Part shown: positions 1 through 8,898 of the stretch, piece after piece
Numbering within the stretch: position 1 is the stretch's first letter
Layout: each line of letters opens with the position of its first letter
NCBI RefSeq assembly: GCF_054482525.1
Contig: NZ_CM137006.1
Strand: one strand, 5' to 3'
DNA length: 64,000 nt
Translations under genes and position numbers: made by a program
Notes under the pieces: model-generated
What the model was told of the DNA's origin: nothing
The model's input: only the letters and a program-made list of their open reading frames with translations
Database searches by the model: none

Positions 1-327
1 AAAGACACCGATACCGGGGAATATATCTCCAGCATTAACCCGGATACCGTTACCAGTACCCTGAATATTCCGATCGCTCACAGTGGCTTCTCTGTTGGTT
101 GGGTCGGTACGTTTGCCGATCGCTCAACACATATCAGCAGCAGCTACAGCAAACAACCTGGCTATGGTGTGAATGATTTCTACGTCAGTTATCAAGGACA
201 ACAGGCGCTCAAAGGTATGACCACTACTCTGGTATTGGGCAACGCCTTCGATAAAGAGTACTGGTCGCCGCAAGGCATCCCACAGGATGGTCGTAACGGA
301 AAAATTTTCGTGAGTTATCAATGGTAA
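1..327 (+). CDS. chuA: TonB-dependent outer membrane haem receptor, C-terminal fragment (5' end outside window)
   Basis: Frame 1 is open from position 1 and ends ...GRNGKIFVSYQW then TAA at 325-327; the terminal aromatic residue is typical of a TonB-dependent receptor beta-barrel; chuS follows directly. Confidence 0.8.
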   Translation, partial: KDTDTGEYISSINPDTVTSTLNIPIAHSGFSVGWVGTFADRSTHISSSYSKQPGYGVNDFYVSYQGQQALKGMTTTLVLGNAFDKEYWSPQGIPQDGRNGKIFVSYQW

Positions 328-334
328 TCATCTG

Positions 335-358
335 CCCCGATATTTCGGGGTATTTATC
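335..358 (+). terminator. Intercistronic stem-loop between chuA and chuS (possible attenuator or partial terminator)
   Basis: CCCCGA-tatt-TCGGGG perfect 6 bp stem at 335-350 followed by T-rich tatttatc; lies 8 nt after the chuA stop and before the chuS RBS. Confidence 0.4.
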
Positions 359-375
359 TGGAAGGAAGAGAGACA

Positions 376-1404
376 ATGAACCACTACACACGCTGGCTTG
401 AGTTAAAAGAACAAAATCCCGGAAAGTACGCGCGTGACATCGCAGGTTTAATGAATATCAGCGAAGCAGAACTGGCATTTGCACGCGTCACGCACGATGC
501 GTGGCGGATGCGCGGCGATATCCGTGAAATTCTGGCGGCGCTCGAAAGTGTTGGCGAAACCAAATGTATTTGCCGTAATGAATATGCAGTCCATGAGCAA
601 GTTGGTGCGTTCACAAACCAGCATTTGAACGGACATGCCGGATTGATCCTCAATCCGCGCGCGCTGGATTTACGTCTGTTTCTCAATCAATGGGCCAGTG
701 TTTTCCACATCAAAGAAAACACGGCTCGTGGCGAACGCCAGAGTATTCAGTTCTTTGATCATCAGGGCGATGCATTACTAAAAGTTTATGCCACCGACAA
801 TACCGATATGGCGGCATGGAGTGAGCTTCTGGCACGGTTTATCACCGATGAGAATACGCCGCTTGAGTTAAAAGCCGTTGATGCGCCAGTTGTTCAAACG
901 CGAGCCGATGCCAGTGTGGTCGAGCAAGAGTGGCGGGCGATGACCGACGTTCATCAGTTTTTTACGTTGCTCAAGCGCCACAACCTGACGCGCCAACAGG
1001 CGTTCAATCTGGTGGCAGACGATTTGGCCTGCAAAGTATCCAACAGTGCGTTGGCGCAAATTCTTGAATCTGCACAGCAGGATGGCAATGAAATCATGGT
1101 GTTTGTTGGCAACCGTGGCTGCGTACAGATTTTCACCGGTGTGGTAGAAAAAGTGGTGCCAATGAAAGGTTGGCTGAATATTTTCAACCCGACGTTTACC
1201 CTTCATCTATTAGAAGAGAGCATTGCTGAAGCCTGGGTTACCCGTAAACCGACCAGCGATGGCCACGTAACCAGCCTGGAATTGTTTGCCCATGATGGTA
1301 CGCAGATAGCGCAACTTTATGGTCAACGTACAGAAGGTGAACAGGAGCAAGCGCAATGGCGTAAGCAAATTGCTTCGTTGATACCGGAAGGCGTTACTGC
1401 ATAA
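376..1404 (+). CDS. chuS: Haem oxygenase / haem degrading protein ChuS (HemS family)
   Basis: 342 aa ORF with RBS GGAAGGAAGAG upstream; length and sequence match recalled ChuS/ShuS; immediately downstream of the receptor gene. Confidence 0.85.
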   Translation: MNHYTRWLELKEQNPGKYARDIAGLMNISEAELAFARVTHDAWRMRGDIREILAALESVGETKCICRNEYAVHEQVGAFTNQHLNGHAGLILNPRALDLRLFLNQWASVFHIKENTARGERQSIQFFDHQGDALLKVYATDNTDMAAWSELLARFITDENTPLELKAVDAPVVQTRADASVVEQEWRAMTDVHQFFTLLKRHNLTRQQAFNLVADDLACKVSNSALAQILESAQQDGNEIMVFVGNRGCVQIFTGVVEKVVPMKGWLNIFNPTFTLHLLEESIAEAWVTRKPTSDGHVTSLELFAHDGTQIAQLYGQRTEGEQEQAQWRKQIASLIPEGVTA

Positions 1405-1464
1405 CGTATAATTAACGGGAGGTCTGGCTATTTATTGTTGGGCCTCTTTATATTAATCAATCGA

Positions 1465-1995
1465 TCACACCAGATAATCAATATGCTGATGGCGTACCAA
1501 CTCATTGATCCGCTTAAGATTGAGGATCATCATGATATTGTGTTTATGGCAGTAGAACGTTTTTAGCGATATTTTCAGTTTCTCCAGAATATCTTCCGTT
1601 GTCATTTGATTCGCAATGCAGCTCAGAACCTGATGCTGCTTGCGCGAAAGGGACACATCCGCTTCAGGCACAGAGCAGTAACTGCCATTGATGAGTGCGA
1701 CAAAGTCGATGATGGTGATAGTTCGCGGAACAAAGGTCACCGGTACTTTCCCCAGGCAGCGTTTAATATTAAAGGGGGAGAAAATAATCACATGGACAGG
1801 TTTTAATCGTTCAATTTGAGTGAGCAAATTAGAATGAAATACATTATTCATTAATGTATCAATAATGACGAAGGCATGCTGATGCAACATTACGTCGATC
1901 TCTTCTTCGTTCTGTATATGAACGACATTACCTTTACTCAGAATGTTTTTCATCGCAGTGAAGAACATCGTATCCCTGGTAATTATAAGAAACAT
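1465..1995 (-). CDS. dctR: LuxR-family transcriptional regulator DctR (YhiF)
   Basis: 176 aa ORF with a C-terminal LuxR-type HTH (…LSRKQHQVLSCIANQMTTEDILEKLKISLKTFYCHKHNIMMILNLKR…); synteny with slp. Confidence 0.85.
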   Translation of the reverse strand: MFLIITRDTMFFTAMKNILSKGNVVHIQNEEEIDVMLHQHAFVIIDTLMNNVFHSNLLTQIERLKPVHVIIFSPFNIKRCLGKVPVTFVPRTITIIDFVALINGSYCSVPEADVSLSRKQHQVLSCIANQMTTEDILEKLKISLKTFYCHKHNIMMILNLKRINELVRHQHIDYLV

Positions 1996-2110
1996 AACCG
2001 ACTCCTGGTGCGGACATTAACTTTATAATCAGTTTGCCAAAGGTAATTAACAGGACAGGGCTTATAATAATAATAGTTAGCTGGCTGTGTATTAATTTGA
2101 TGTAATGCAT

Positions 2111-2139
2111 GATGCAGATGCTGAGAAAGCATCTGCATC
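2111..2139 (-). terminator. Stem-loop downstream of slp (putative terminator)
   Basis: GATGCAGATGCT-gagaa-AGCATCTGCATC perfect 12 bp stem 12 nt after the slp stop; the downstream tract is A/T-rich but not a clean U-run. Confidence 0.4.
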
Positions 2140-2150
2140 TCTCGGTGGTG

Positions 2151-2717
2151 TTATTTGACCAGCTCAGGTGTTACCTGACTCACCGCATTGGTGTAGTAAG
2201 GCGCGCCCCAGCCCGGTTCCGGCCAGAATGCACCATAGCCGTAATCCCACAGGTTATAGGTGGTATTAACCACTTCTCTCAAATGCCACACCTGGATGCC
2301 CTGCATATTCACTTCGAGGAAGTTATACGGGACTTTATTGATAAAGCCAGGTTGTTCACCCTGAATGGTACCGAGGATGGTAACAAAGTGATTACGATAG
2401 TTCACTGGATCAAGGAAGCCGCTTTGTCTGGCGAGCAGTCGGCCCTGATAGTTGGCTTCAATATCAGGCTTCGCATAGCTATCCAACGGTAATACAGCGA
2501 TTTCTAACAACGTATCCGTTTTGCCATTGATAACGTTGATAACCTTCCCACCAAAGCGCGCTTGTTGACCAACATATAACCCCGGCTGGTTATGAACAGC
2601 AACAAAACTTTTTTGAATATCAGGTTGGTTATTGCCTTTGATATTTTGCGGAATTGAACTACATGCGGCAAGCAAAAATGAAAGGCTGAGGATGAGTGCA
2701 CCTTTTGTCATGTTCAT
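2151..2717 (-). CDS. slp: Outer membrane lipoprotein Slp
   Basis: Start refined to MNMTKGALILSLSFLLAACSS (lipobox LAAC), giving 188 aa; the track ORF has an 11-residue N-terminal extension. Confidence 0.9.
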   Translation of the reverse strand: MNMTKGALILSLSFLLAACSSIPQNIKGNNQPDIQKSFVAVHNQPGLYVGQQARFGGKVINVINGKTDTLLEIAVLPLDSYAKPDIEANYQGRLLARQSGFLDPVNYRNHFVTILGTIQGEQPGFINKVPYNFLEVNMQGIQVWHLREVVNTTYNLWDYGYGAFWPEPGWGAPYYTNAVSQVTPELVK

Positions 2718-2960
2718 GTTACTATCCTTATCAACAAATATTAAAACCATAATAGATATTTCTTTATAGTTTTCATCTGATTCTGAGGCGATATGCCTGA
2801 TAGTAACGTAAACCTGTCTGATGTTTATATCCCTCTGTTTAGTTTAATTCTGTTAATTTTGGGGCGTGACATGAGTATCCATCGCCCCATAAAATAGCCT
2901 TTTTTTAAAGGTACATAAAATCTATTTTATTCAATGATTATAAAGCGCTAATGTTCAATA

Positions 2961-4184
2961 TTATGGGATTATATTCTGGTAATGATTTGATAAGCGAATT
3001 CTTTTGCCAGTTGGTATTTCTATTTCCACCCCATAATTTATAGTTTTTTCATCAGGTAGCGATCTCTTTAAATAAGGTGCGCATGACATTTTTTTTGGGT
3101 TAAGCGTCTCGCGTTGAAATACTTCGAATTGATATTCAGACATTTCTGCCCATGTTTGAATTTTATTGTATCGGGAGAGTGTCGTAAAGGCTTTAACTTG
3201 CTTATAACATTGTTTTTTGAATTCTTGCTGATATTTTAATATGTCATTGTATGAAATATTGGTTATCCTGGCCTCTAAGAATTTAATTATTGTCGAAGCA
3301 ATTTCCGCTTTTGCTCGTAAAAAGTTGTCATTAATGGTTAATAATGTTGAAAATAAACCTTCGATTTGTTTGTCAAGATATTGATCGTCTTTATATAATT
3401 TTGGGGTAGGGTGTTCTTTATGTGAAAAAATAGTGTCACCTAAATTTGCGTCAGTGAAATTTATATTAAGTAGATCTTCGAAATAAAACCTTGACAAGGT
3501 TAGAACGAACCCGGACAGGTTCTGTCCTGTCATATTGAAATCAATAAAGTTGGTTCCGGCAAAGACTTTCATCCTGTTTTTATTTTCACTGTGCTTAATA
3601 TATAACTTCGTCATTTTTTGATACAGGTTTTGAATATCTTTTATATTAGTCGGTAAGTCAGCCTGTTGTTCAGCAATAAAATTAGTATCTGAAAACATGG
3701 TTTGGACACTGAATCTTACTGGTATTCCCTCTTCTACGCTAATTTTAGTTATGATTGCCTTGTCGGGTTTAGGATTAGCGACAACAATGATTCGACATTC
3801 AGCACTTTTGTTTTTTTCGTATCTAATGTTATTAATCTGATTAAGTATTGATTGTGTCTGTTGCGTAAGTGGTGTCGAACTTATCGTTTCAATGTTAGTA
3901 ATAAGACTTACAAGTTGAGCCACAACTTTTGAGTAGTCTGCATTTGTATATGTAGTGTTCGTGTGGCACGCATTAATTTGTTGGAGTTGTTGTTGCGCTA
4001 AATCAAATTGTTCAGCGTTATATCCTTCTTCAGACAATGAAAAATTAATGGGTTGCTGTTCTTCCTGATTATCACAAGGCCACATCGGTGTGTCTGGTGT
4101 TTTAACATTGTCGGTATCTGTTGTGCGGTTATAAATATCGCCGTGATATGTATTTATCATACCTGGGGTAAAGTCAATTGACAT
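2961..4184 (-). CDS. yhiS: Uncharacterised AT-rich protein, YhiS-like (intact 407 aa), with a possible pentapeptide-repeat segment
   Basis: Long ORF in a strongly AT-rich block; RBS AAGGA 5 nt upstream of the ATG; position corresponds to yhiS between slp and ars; central segment [42 protein letters not shown] resembles A(D/N)LXX repeats. Confidence 0.6.
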   Translation of the reverse strand: MSIDFTPGMINTYHGDIYNRTTDTDNVKTPDTPMWPCDNQEEQQPINFSLSEEGYNAEQFDLAQQQLQQINACHTNTTYTNADYSKVVAQLVSLITNIETISSTPLTQQTQSILNQINNIRYEKNKSAECRIIVVANPKPDKAIITKISVEEGIPVRFSVQTMFSDTNFIAEQQADLPTNIKDIQNLYQKMTKLYIKHSENKNRMKVFAGTNFIDFNMTGQNLSGFVLTLSRFYFEDLLNINFTDANLGDTIFSHKEHPTPKLYKDDQYLDKQIEGLFSTLLTINDNFLRAKAEIASTIIKFLEARITNISYNDILKYQQEFKKQCYKQVKAFTTLSRYNKIQTWAEMSEYQFEVFQRETLNPKKMSCAPYLKRSLPDEKTINYGVEIEIPTGKRIRLSNHYQNIIP

Positions 4185-4763
4185 AACATTCCTTATTGTT
4201 CATCTATTTCGCTAAATTTTTTAAATCGGAGAATTAGAGCAGGAATGGATTTTCTTCTACGCGGAAATAAACACAATGCGTCATATCTTCCTGATATAAT
4301 TACCTTTAACTTCCCTTTCATTTCCACCCGGTAATATTTGTGTATAAAAAAAGGGCAGTGATAGTATCGTAAAGGAAAACGTTAACAACTATCAAAAAGC
4401 GCTCATTTTAAAAAGTTATGATGTTCTCCGATAGTGTGTGAAGTGATATTTTTGTGATGTTTTAGATGTGTAATAATGAACCAGGTTAAAGTGTATTTAA
4501 AAATGTGTTGTATTGGCGACTGAAATCTGCCCTTTAAAAGGGGGGATAGCACTGAAACAAAGAGACATTGCTTCTCCGATAAAATGTCAGAGAAGCATGA
4601 TTGCGTGGTGATTGTCGATTGATGACTTACTGACGGATCCGTCATCATTCTCAAAGCATTAGTTAAGTTATTTGTGATTTTTAAGGATTATCCTACCTAT
4701 GATTTTCTACTCAGAAGGATAAGGCACTCACAATGCTCCTTATAGTTTACTGCTGGCATCTAT

Positions 4764-5765
4764 TTAAAATAGCATTTGAGTCAAATAGCCCATCAAGATA
4801 GCCATACCTAAGATAACCGTCAGGAATGCAACTATCATCGGTATTCTGAACATTGATTTAAGTAATATCACTTCCGTCAGGCTTGCGCCGGCACTGCCGA
4901 TGATTAATGCCATTAATGCTCCCAGACCCATTCCTTTTGTCATCAGAACAGATGCCAGAGGGATAACCGCCTCTGCCCGGATATACAGCGGAATACCGAC
5001 AACGGCGCTCAATGGGATGGCGAAGGGATTATCTGCCCCTGCATGAGCGGCAATCCACTCTGAGGGAATAAAGCCATAAATAAAAGAGCCTATTAATACC
5101 CCTAACAAAAGATATGGCAGTACATCTTTAAACTGTTGCAACGCATCTTTGGTGGCTAGTTTTATGGGATTAATACTTACCACAGCTTTGGTACTGCAAC
5201 AGTTTACTACAGGTTTCTCAATGGCTTTAGCCGCTGGACTACAGCAACTCACTTTTATTGGCGTATATGTCGTCCCCGGCGAAGTTTTGGCTGGAGCACA
5301 ACAATTTGCTGATGAGCTTTTACTGGCAATGATATGACGTTCAAATCCCAGGGAATCCAGGATAATACTGGCAAGTACGGAGACGCCGGCGGCGATAATC
5401 GCGTACAACAAGGTAACTTTCCAGCCAAAGGTCACCCACATTAACCCGACGATAATGGGATTAAGTAATGGGGAAACAAATAAAAAAGTGAGGGTCGGGC
5501 CGAACCCGGCTTTCGCTGACAACAATCCACGTAACATTGGGATTGTCGAGCAACTACAGAACGGGGTAACGGCTCCCAACAGAGCCGCCAGGAGATAGCC
5601 TCTCCCTTTTCTGGCCCCCATCATCTGCTGGATTTTATGGTCTGGCACCTTTTGTCTTATCAGGCTCACACCGGCACTAATCACTATAAACAGCAAGGAA
5701 AGCTCGACGGCGAGAAACACAAACATCTCTGCGGCATCTTGCAGCATCGCAAGCCAACTACTCAT
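4764..5765 (-). CDS. ArsP-like (DUF318/YraQ-type) permease with a TPFCSCS motif; putative organoarsenical efflux permease
   Basis: Multi-TM protein with GAVTPFCSCSTIPMLRGL (motif at 5547-5567) and a loop with three vicinal Cys pairs (NCCAPA, VSCCSP, VNCCST; 5196-5303); start refined to the ATG at 5765 (GAGG 6 nt upstream); divergent from an ArsR-family gene. Confidence 0.65.
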   Translation of the reverse strand: MSSWLAMLQDAAEMFVFLAVELSLLFIVISAGVSLIRQKVPDHKIQQMMGARKGRGYLLAALLGAVTPFCSCSTIPMLRGLLSAKAGFGPTLTFLFVSPLLNPIIVGLMWVTFGWKVTLLYAIIAAGVSVLASIILDSLGFERHIIASKSSSANCCAPAKTSPGTTYTPIKVSCCSPAAKAIEKPVVNCCSTKAVVSINPIKLATKDALQQFKDVLPYLLLGVLIGSFIYGFIPSEWIAAHAGADNPFAIPLSAVVGIPLYIRAEAVIPLASVLMTKGMGLGALMALIIGSAGASLTEVILLKSMFRIPMIVAFLTVILGMAILMGYLTQMLF

Positions 5766-5788
5766 ACGTAACCTCATTGAATAAATCT

Positions 5789-5847
5789 ATATTTCCAGAA
5801 TAATCGAAATAAAATTCAGATCAAGATATTTCTGGTATTATCGAAAT
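5789..5847. promoter_or_regulatory. Two palindromic operator-like repeats in the divergent promoter between the permease and ArsR-family genes
   Basis: ATATTTCCAGAATAATCGAAAT (5789-5810) and ATATTTCTGGTATTATCGAAAT (5826-5847); each is ATTTC-N10-GAAAT. Confidence 0.4.
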
Positions 5848-5872
5848 ATCAACCAGACAAAGGGGGTGTCAT

Positions 5873-6193
5873 ATGCAGTTGGAAGAAGTTGCTAAAGCGC
5901 TGAAAGAGCTAGGTCACCCGACCCGTTTGTTCATATTCAAACACCTGGTCAAAGCGGGGGAACAAGGCTTGCCGGTCGGTGAGTTGCAAAAGCAGCTTGG
6001 GATACCCGGCTCTACACTCAGTCACCATATCTCAGCACTGGTATCGGTAGGGCTGGTCAAACAAAACCGTGAGAGTCGAACGCTGATGTGTGTTTCGCAA
6101 TACGCAATGCTGGAAGCGATAATTGAATTCTTACGCGAGGAGTGCTGCGTAAATAGCAAAACACATGGCGAAGGGGCCACGAAGAACAAATAA
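5873..6193 (+). CDS. ArsR/SmtB-family metalloregulator with C-terminal vicinal cysteines (Cys91-Cys92)
   Basis: 106 aa; HTH region GELQKQLGIPGSTLSHHISALVSVGLV; lacks the ELCVCDL-type site of canonical ArsR but has REECCVNS near the C-terminus; divergent from the permease. Confidence 0.7.
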   Translation: MQLEEVAKALKELGHPTRLFIFKHLVKAGEQGLPVGELQKQLGIPGSTLSHHISALVSVGLVKQNRESRTLMCVSQYAMLEAIIEFLREECCVNSKTHGEGATKNK

Positions 6194-6210
6194 GGGGGCA
6201 TATCCCCCTT
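6192..6210. terminator. Bidirectional terminator hairpin between the convergent ArsR-family gene and arsC
   Basis: AAGGGGG-catat-CCCCCTT flanked by A/T runs, in the 20 bp gap between the two stops. Confidence 0.5.
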
Positions 6211-6213
6211 TAG

Positions 6214-6639
6214 CTATTTCAGGCGTTTACCCGCTTCATCAACCACTTTCTCGCCATCTTCCTTGGTGAACGCGCGTTGTTGCGCATCTGGCAGAATTTC
6301 CAGCACCACTTCTGAAGGGCGGCACAGGCGAGTTCCCAGCGGCGTCACCACAATCGGGCGATTAATCAGAATCGGGTGCTGAAGCATAAAGTCGATTAAC
6401 CGATCGTCAGTAAATTTATCTTCTGCAAGGCCCAGTTCCTCATACGGCTCGACGTTTTTACGCAGCAGCGCGCGTACGGAAATCCCCATATCGGCAATGA
6501 GTTTGACCAGTTCATCACGCGTCGGTGGGGTTTCCAGATAATAGACAATGGTCGGTTCTGTGCCGCTGTTGCGGATCATCTCCAGCGTATTTCGCGACGT
6601 GCCGCAGGCTGGGTTGTGATAAATGGTAATGTTGCTCAT
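6214..6639 (-). CDS. arsC: Arsenate reductase
   Basis: 141 aa ORF starting MSNITIYHNPACGTSRNTLEMIR; last gene of arsRBC. Confidence 0.9.
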   Translation of the reverse strand: MSNITIYHNPACGTSRNTLEMIRNSGTEPTIVYYLETPPTRDELVKLIADMGISVRALLRKNVEPYEELGLAEDKFTDDRLIDFMLQHPILINRPIVVTPLGTRLCRPSEVVLEILPDAQQRAFTKEDGEKVVDEAGKRLK

Positions 6640-6651
6640 ATCGGTATCTCA

Positions 6652-7941
6652 TTACAAAGTGAAAGAGAGGCGTAGCGCCAGCGCAGCCAGCGTTACAAAC
6701 AGCACAGGCAGGGTCATGATAATCCCTGTACGGAAGTAATATCCCCAGCTGATAGTCATATTCTTCTGCGAAAGTACGTGCAGCCAGAGTAGCGTAGCCA
6801 GGCTACCAATTGGGGTAATTTTCGGCCCCAAATCGCAGCCAATCACGTTGGCATAAACCATCGCTTCTTTGATAACGCCAGATGCCGTGCTGCCATCAAT
6901 GGACAACGCGCCAACCAGTACCGTCGGCATATTGTTCATAATAGAAGAGAGGAAGGCGGTGAGGAATCCGGTGCCGAGCGTCGCGGCCCACAGGCCGTTT
7001 TCCGCCAGCACGTTGAGTACGCCAGAAAGATATTCCGTTAGTCCGGCATTGCGCAGGCCATAAACCACCAGATACATGCCGAGCGAGAAGATGACAATCT
7101 GCCAGGGCGCACCGCGTAGCACCTTACCCGTATTAATCGCATGACCGCGTTTAGCGACGACAAATAATATCAACGCGCCCACTGCCGCAATGGCGCTGAC
7201 CGGAATGCCGAGCGGTTCCAGGACGAAAAATCCCACCAGCAGAAGCAGTAAAACAACCCAGCCAGTTTTGAACGTAGCAGGATCTTTAATCGCTTCTGCG
7301 GGAGATTTCAGCAGCGCCATGTCGTAGTTCTGCGGAATATCTTTGCGGAAATAGAGATGCAACATCACCAGCGTGGCAACAATCGCGGCGATATCCACCG
7401 GCACCATCACCGAGGCATATTCGCGAAAGCCGAGGCCAAAGAAATCTGCGGAAACGATATTCACCAGGTTGGAGACAATAAGCGGCAGGCTGGCGGTATC
7501 GGCAATGAATCCGGCCGCCATCACGAACGCCAGCGTAGTGCCTTTACTGAACCCTAAAGCCAGCAGCATGGCGATGACAATTGGCGTTAAAATCAGCGCC
7601 GCACCATCATTGGCAAACAGAGCTGCAACGGCAGCACCGAGCAGGACAATCCAGGTGAACAGCAAGCGACCGCGTCCATTGCCCCAGCGTGAGACGTGCA
7701 GCGCTGCCCATTCAAAAAAGCCGGACTCATCCAGCAGCAGGCTGATGATAATAACGGCAATAAACGCAGCCGTCGCGTTCCAGACGATATTCCACACCAC
7801 CGGAATATCACCCGGATGTACCACGCCCGTAACTAACGCCAGTACTGCGCCGAGTGTTGCACTCCAGCCGATGCCTAAACCTTTCGGCTGCCAGATAACC
7901 AATACGATGGTCAGGACAAAGATAGCGCCTGCCAGTAACAT
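6652..7941 (-). CDS. arsB: Arsenite efflux pump ArsB
   Basis: Start refined to [13 protein letters not shown] (GGGAGG RBS 4 nt upstream), giving 429 aa; polytopic membrane protein. Confidence 0.9.
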   Translation of the reverse strand: MLLAGAIFVLTIVLVIWQPKGLGIGWSATLGAVLALVTGVVHPGDIPVVWNIVWNATAAFIAVIIISLLLDESGFFEWAALHVSRWGNGRGRLLFTWIVLLGAAVAALFANDGAALILTPIVIAMLLALGFSKGTTLAFVMAAGFIADTASLPLIVSNLVNIVSADFFGLGFREYASVMVPVDIAAIVATLVMLHLYFRKDIPQNYDMALLKSPAEAIKDPATFKTGWVVLLLLLVGFFVLEPLGIPVSAIAAVGALILFVVAKRGHAINTGKVLRGAPWQIVIFSLGMYLVVYGLRNAGLTEYLSGVLNVLAENGLWAATLGTGFLTAFLSSIMNNMPTVLVGALSIDGSTASGVIKEAMVYANVIGCDLGPKITPIGSLATLLWLHVLSQKNMTISWGYYFRTGIIMTLPVLFVTLAALALRLSFTL

Positions 7942-7995
7942 AATGCCTCCCGGAAAAAACACATGTGCAAATCCATATGTGTTTAGATAAATTTT

Positions 7996-8349
7996 TTAAC
8001 TACAAATGTTCTTACTGTCTTCGGAACAATTTTGTCGAGCCAAGTTGCGGACAATCACCTGAACCTTTTCCTGTTCGCATCGCCAGGCCTGCTCAATAAT
8101 TTTCGCGGCCCATGATGGAATATGCGGTGATAAGCGGTAATGAACCCACTTACCCTGCTTGCGATCCAGCAATAGCCCACTTTCACGCAGCAATGCCAGG
8201 TGGCGGGATATCTTGGGCTGCGACTGATCGAGGGCAGTGCAGAGATCGCAGACGCATAATTCTCCCAGCTCGCTGAGCAGTAAAACGATGCCCAGACGGG
8301 TTTCATCAGCAAGAATTTTGAACAGTTGGATGGGTAACAGAAATGACAT
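7996..8349 (-). CDS. arsR: Arsenical resistance operon repressor ArsR
   Basis: 117 aa with the metalloid-binding ELCVCDLC motif in the HTH region. Confidence 0.9.
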   Translation of the reverse strand: MSFLLPIQLFKILADETRLGIVLLLSELGELCVCDLCTALDQSQPKISRHLALLRESGLLLDRKQGKWVHYRLSPHIPSWAAKIIEQAWRCEQEKVQVIVRNLARQNCSEDSKNICS

Positions 8350-8500
8350 ATTGCGCTCCTGATTGTTGCAGGTAGTGTCTCTCTTCGAAGCGGATAAGTC
8401 AAAAATATATATGGTTTAACGAATGTGTATGTGCAGAGGAAGGTAATAGGTGTGAATTTTGAGTTGGCTATTTATTTGAAAGGAGGTCTGAATCAGGACG

Positions 8501-8586
8501 TAAAAAAACCGACTTTGCGTCGGTTTTTTACTTTCCAGCCCTGAGTTGGTGGCTCTGGCCGGAGTGAGAATGCCCACATCTAACGG
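8501..8586 (-). ncRNA. agrB: Antisense sRNA of the dinQ locus, copy proximal to arsR (agrB-like)
   Basis: About 90 bp repeat unit; 33 nt (GCTCTGGCCGGAGTGAGAATGCCCACATCTAAC) identical to a segment of the dinQ leader at 8986-9018; ends in an intrinsic terminator (stem CCGAC/GTCGG flanked by A7/T6); agrA/agrB assignment from recalled K-12 order. Confidence 0.5.
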
Positions 8587-8734
8587 TTCAATACTATTAG
8601 CCAGTGGCTAACATTGCAAGCGTTAGCGATTTCTTCAGCTGGCGAAGGGACAGTTTGCTATACATGTTGGTGAAAGAGGATTTATATACTTTCATCGGGT
8701 CGCTGCCGTACCAGGCCTTGTCCGAATCCGGACG

Positions 8735-8820
8735 TAAAAAAACCGACTTCGCGTCGGTTTTTTACTTTGCAGCCCAGAGTTGGTGGCTCTGGCTGGAGTG
8801 AGAATGCCATCATCTAACGC
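8735..8820 (-). ncRNA. agrA: Antisense sRNA of the dinQ locus, second copy (agrA-like)
   Basis: Second copy 234 bp from the first, with several mismatches to dinQ in the complementary segment; same terminator structure. Confidence 0.5.
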
Positions 8821-8882
8821 ATCAATGCTAATACCATACTGAAACTATTGCAAGGACATGCTGGTTTTATAACCTGTATGTA

Positions 8883-8898
8883 CTGTATGATTATCCAG
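8883..8898 (+). promoter_or_regulatory. LexA box (SOS operator) upstream of dinQ
   Basis: taCTGTATGATTATCCAGtt fits the CTG-N10-CAG LexA consensus, about 190 bp upstream of the dinQ ORF. Confidence 0.6.

Noticed and set aside
1405-1464. Possible terminator between the convergent chuS and dctR genes
   Set aside because: GGGAGGTCTGGC...GGGCCTC does not form a clean complementary stem.
2109-2492. 127 aa plus-strand ORF
   Set aside because: Antisense to slp and overlapping the slp terminator hairpin.
4403-4654. 83 aa ORF in the AT-rich intergenic region
   Set aside because: No RBS and low-complexity translation; likely a chance ORF.
7373-7990. 205 aa plus-strand ORF
   Set aside because: Antisense to arsB; Ala/Ser/Pro-rich low-complexity translation.
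8604-8801. 65 aa plus-strand ORF spanning the agr repeat region
   Set aside because: Overlaps the sRNA repeat and terminator hairpins; the region is better explained by the dinQ/agr locus.
8480-8820. Possible CRISPR array suggested by direct repeats
   Set aside because: Only two full repeat copies of about 90 bp at a 234 bp period, no short regular spacers and no cas genes; these are the agr sRNA repeats.
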